A DNA stretch of 64,000 nucleotides. Source: Kofleriaceae bacterium. GTDB lineage: Bacteria > Myxococcota_A > Polyangia > Haliangiales > Haliangiaceae. The notes beneath the pieces are model-generated. The model was not told the DNA's origin and did not search any database. It saw only the letters and a list, made by a program, of their open reading frames with translations. This document shows, piece after piece, positions 60,112 through 64,000 of the stretch; the first letter of the stretch is position 1; each line of letters starts with the position of its first letter. The stretch spans positions 1 through 64,000 of the forward strand of contig CBDCCZ010000019.1 of assembly GCA_965215005.1 (NCBI GenBank), in the 5' to 3' direction. The position numbers and the translations under genes were made by a program.

Positions 60112-60971
60112 GACACGACGTCGCGGCGGTGACGCCTGGGGAGCGCCGAACGACGAAGCTAACCGCCGACGGCGTCACGCGCAGCTACGTCGTCGGCGTC
60201 AGCGAAGTCGCGATCGGCGGCGAGGTTACTCGCCTGGTCACGCTGCAGGACATCCAGGGCGAGCTCGACGTTGCCGCGTTTCGCGCGTGGGACCGCATGG
60301 TCCAGGTGCTCGCGCACGAGATCATGGGATCAATCACGCCGATCTCGTCGCTGACGAGCTCTGCGGCGGTTCTCGTCGCGATTGCGGTCGAGCAGCTCGA
60401 CGCCGGGACGCGCGCCGGCGAGACGCTGGTCGAGGCGCAAGGAGCCCTCGCGACGGCGACACGCCGGTGCGATACTCTATTGGACTTCATCGCGCGCTAC
60501 CGGCAATTTTCCGCTCTGCCGCGGCCGCAGCGTGCGAGCGTCGCGCTCGAATGGCTGTTTGCCGGCCTCGTCAAGCTCTTTGCGAGCGAGCTCGAAAGCC
60601 GCAGGGTCATCCTCGAGACTGCCGTGGAGCCGCGCACGCTCGAGGTCGTCGCCGACCGGGCGCTGCTAGAGCAGGCGCTGATCAACCTCGTTCGCAACGC
60701 GATCGACGCCGTCGCCGGCCGCGACGGCGCGCTCGTGGCCGTGCGGGCACGTCTGACCCGCGACGGTGGCGTCATCATCGAAGTTGCCGACAACGGTCCG
60801 GGCGTCGCGCCGGCCACGCTCGACCAGCTCTTCACGCCGTTCTTTACAACGAAGCGCGGCGGCTCCGGCATTGGCTTGAGCCTCGTCCAGCAGGTCGCGC
60901 TCGCGCATGGCGGCGCGGGCTGGTGCACCAGCCCGCCCTCCGGCGGCGCCGTGTTCGCGATCTCGCTATGA
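60112..60971 (+). pseudogene. Sensor histidine kinase, C-terminal part only
   Basis: LAHEIM.SITPI, NLVRNA, DNGPG and PFFTTK..GSGIGL. No start codon or sensor region of its own. Confidence 0.85.
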
Positions 60972-61193
60972 CGCCACGAGGCGTCGTTCACAGCGACGAG
61001 GTTGCCGCTCAGCGCAGGACCGCGCGACGGGTACCCGAAGTGCGCCCCTGGGGTTCACGGCGAAAGTCGTGAGCCGCTAGAGCTAGGAAAACAACAATCG
61101 CTTGGGGAGACGCCGAAGGGGGCGCGTGAGCAGCAGGAACGTTCCGCACTTGCCCCGCCGGTTTCCGGGTCAGAAATCCCGCGGCGGCGTAGT

Positions 61194-61716
61194 CTAGAGG
61201 CTTCCAGAGACGTTGATGTCGATATCCAAGATCACCGTTGCTTCCACAGTGGTCTCCTCGGGCGGTCGAATCCCACTGGCGCTGGTGGTGATGGTCATCG
61301 CTTCCGCGGTCGCATAGGGAGCTAGCTCGACGCCCGGTGCGACGTGCAGCTCGAGCCGTGAGAGGCCGTCGGGGACGGGATCGAGGCGGGCAATTTCGAC
61401 GTCTGGCAGCTCGCCGGCGCTTGCGGAAAAGGCGATGCGCTCGAGCCAGTCAAAGTTGCCGCCGCTTGGCGCCGCGATCGTCATGGTGAACGACTTCACG
61501 CGGACATTATCGATGTCGTCTTTGGTGTAGCCCTGATTGCGAAACTCGCGACTCTCAGACAGAGAGAGCCCCTCGAAGCCAGCAAACGCCAGCTGCCCGA
61601 GAAGCTCATCGACGAGGGTGCGCGCCGGAATCACCGTGGTGGCCGTGGTCTTGACCTCGACGTTGTCGAGATCACTGCAGCCTGCGGCGCAAATGATCAG
61701 AAGTAATGAAATCGCG

Positions 61717-61733
<17 letters not shown>
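61194..61733 (-). CDS. Hypothetical lipoprotein
   Basis: GTG start overlapping the kinase stop, lipobox AAG-C and a beta-rich body. Confidence 0.75.
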
Positions 61734-63509
<1,776 letters not shown>

Positions 63510-63513
<4 letters not shown>

Positions 63514-64000
63514 AACTGCCCTCCAACCCCAACCACGGCACCACCTGGCCGAAAATTCAGCCCCACGCGCGGGGCCTCGACAGCTTCGTCGCTGCGCCAA
63601 TAGAGAACCGCCGCTACCGCCGCCGACACCGCTGCGGCGCCAAAGAACAGGTCCGCGGCCAGCGCACGGCTCTCGAGGCCATCGAGCTCTGATTCCGCGC
63701 AGGGCTCATCTTCGCAGCGGCCATGCCGGCTTCGCGCGGTCAGCCCGAAGCCAACGCCACCGGTGAGCGCGGCGACACCGACGCCACCGGCGATCCAGAC
63801 TCCGGTACTCAAATGCCGCGAAGACGGCGGCGATGGCTCCGGGGTGCCGATGATGGATGAGTCGGCGACCACCTCCGCTCGAACAGGCGCTGGCGACGGG
63901 CGGGGTGTTGCATTGGGAAGCATGGCGCCGGCGGCGGCGACGAAGGCGGCGCGCGCATCGCCGTCAGCAGCGAGCGCCACAGCAGGTCGAGGGACGACCT
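63510..64000 (-). CDS. Myxobacterial-style membrane protein, C-terminal part (runs off the window)
   Basis: Gly-rich TM segment, Cys pair, ALAADLFFG second TM segment and terminal VGVGGQF. Confidence 0.65.

Overview
Positions 1 to ~60.1 kb look like a very GC-rich Alphaproteobacteria (Rhodobacterales-like) mobilizable plasmid. The backbone has an iteron RepA replicon with two DnaA boxes, a short ParA plus RHH partner flanked by 8-bp-period CTAG-phased arrays, and a MOBQ relaxase with a candidate oriT. Cargo includes a FitAB-headed type I restriction-modification operon, a peptide-type ABC transporter with an SDR and an amidohydrolase, aromatic-catabolism remnants, YcaQ, a signal-peptide HpcH aldolase, an HNH plus methyltransferase-HNH candidate defence pair, and four copies of an exported DUF1524-type HNH nuclease gene. 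A 16-kb uncharacterised sugar-derivative island carries two ABC systems, three PfkB domains, BtpA, an M42-like hydrolase, an eIF2B-like isomerase and a SIS protein. Degraded IS3, IS110 and IS630 elements and repC/mobA relics are scattered throughout. Near 60.11 kb the sequence switches mid-gene to myxobacterial-style genes (histidine kinase fragment, lipoprotein, Zn-ribbon Ser/Thr kinase), most likely a chimeric join. Several local indel clusters suggest consensus errors, so pseudogene calls are provisional. All family assignments come from motif recognition, not database searches.
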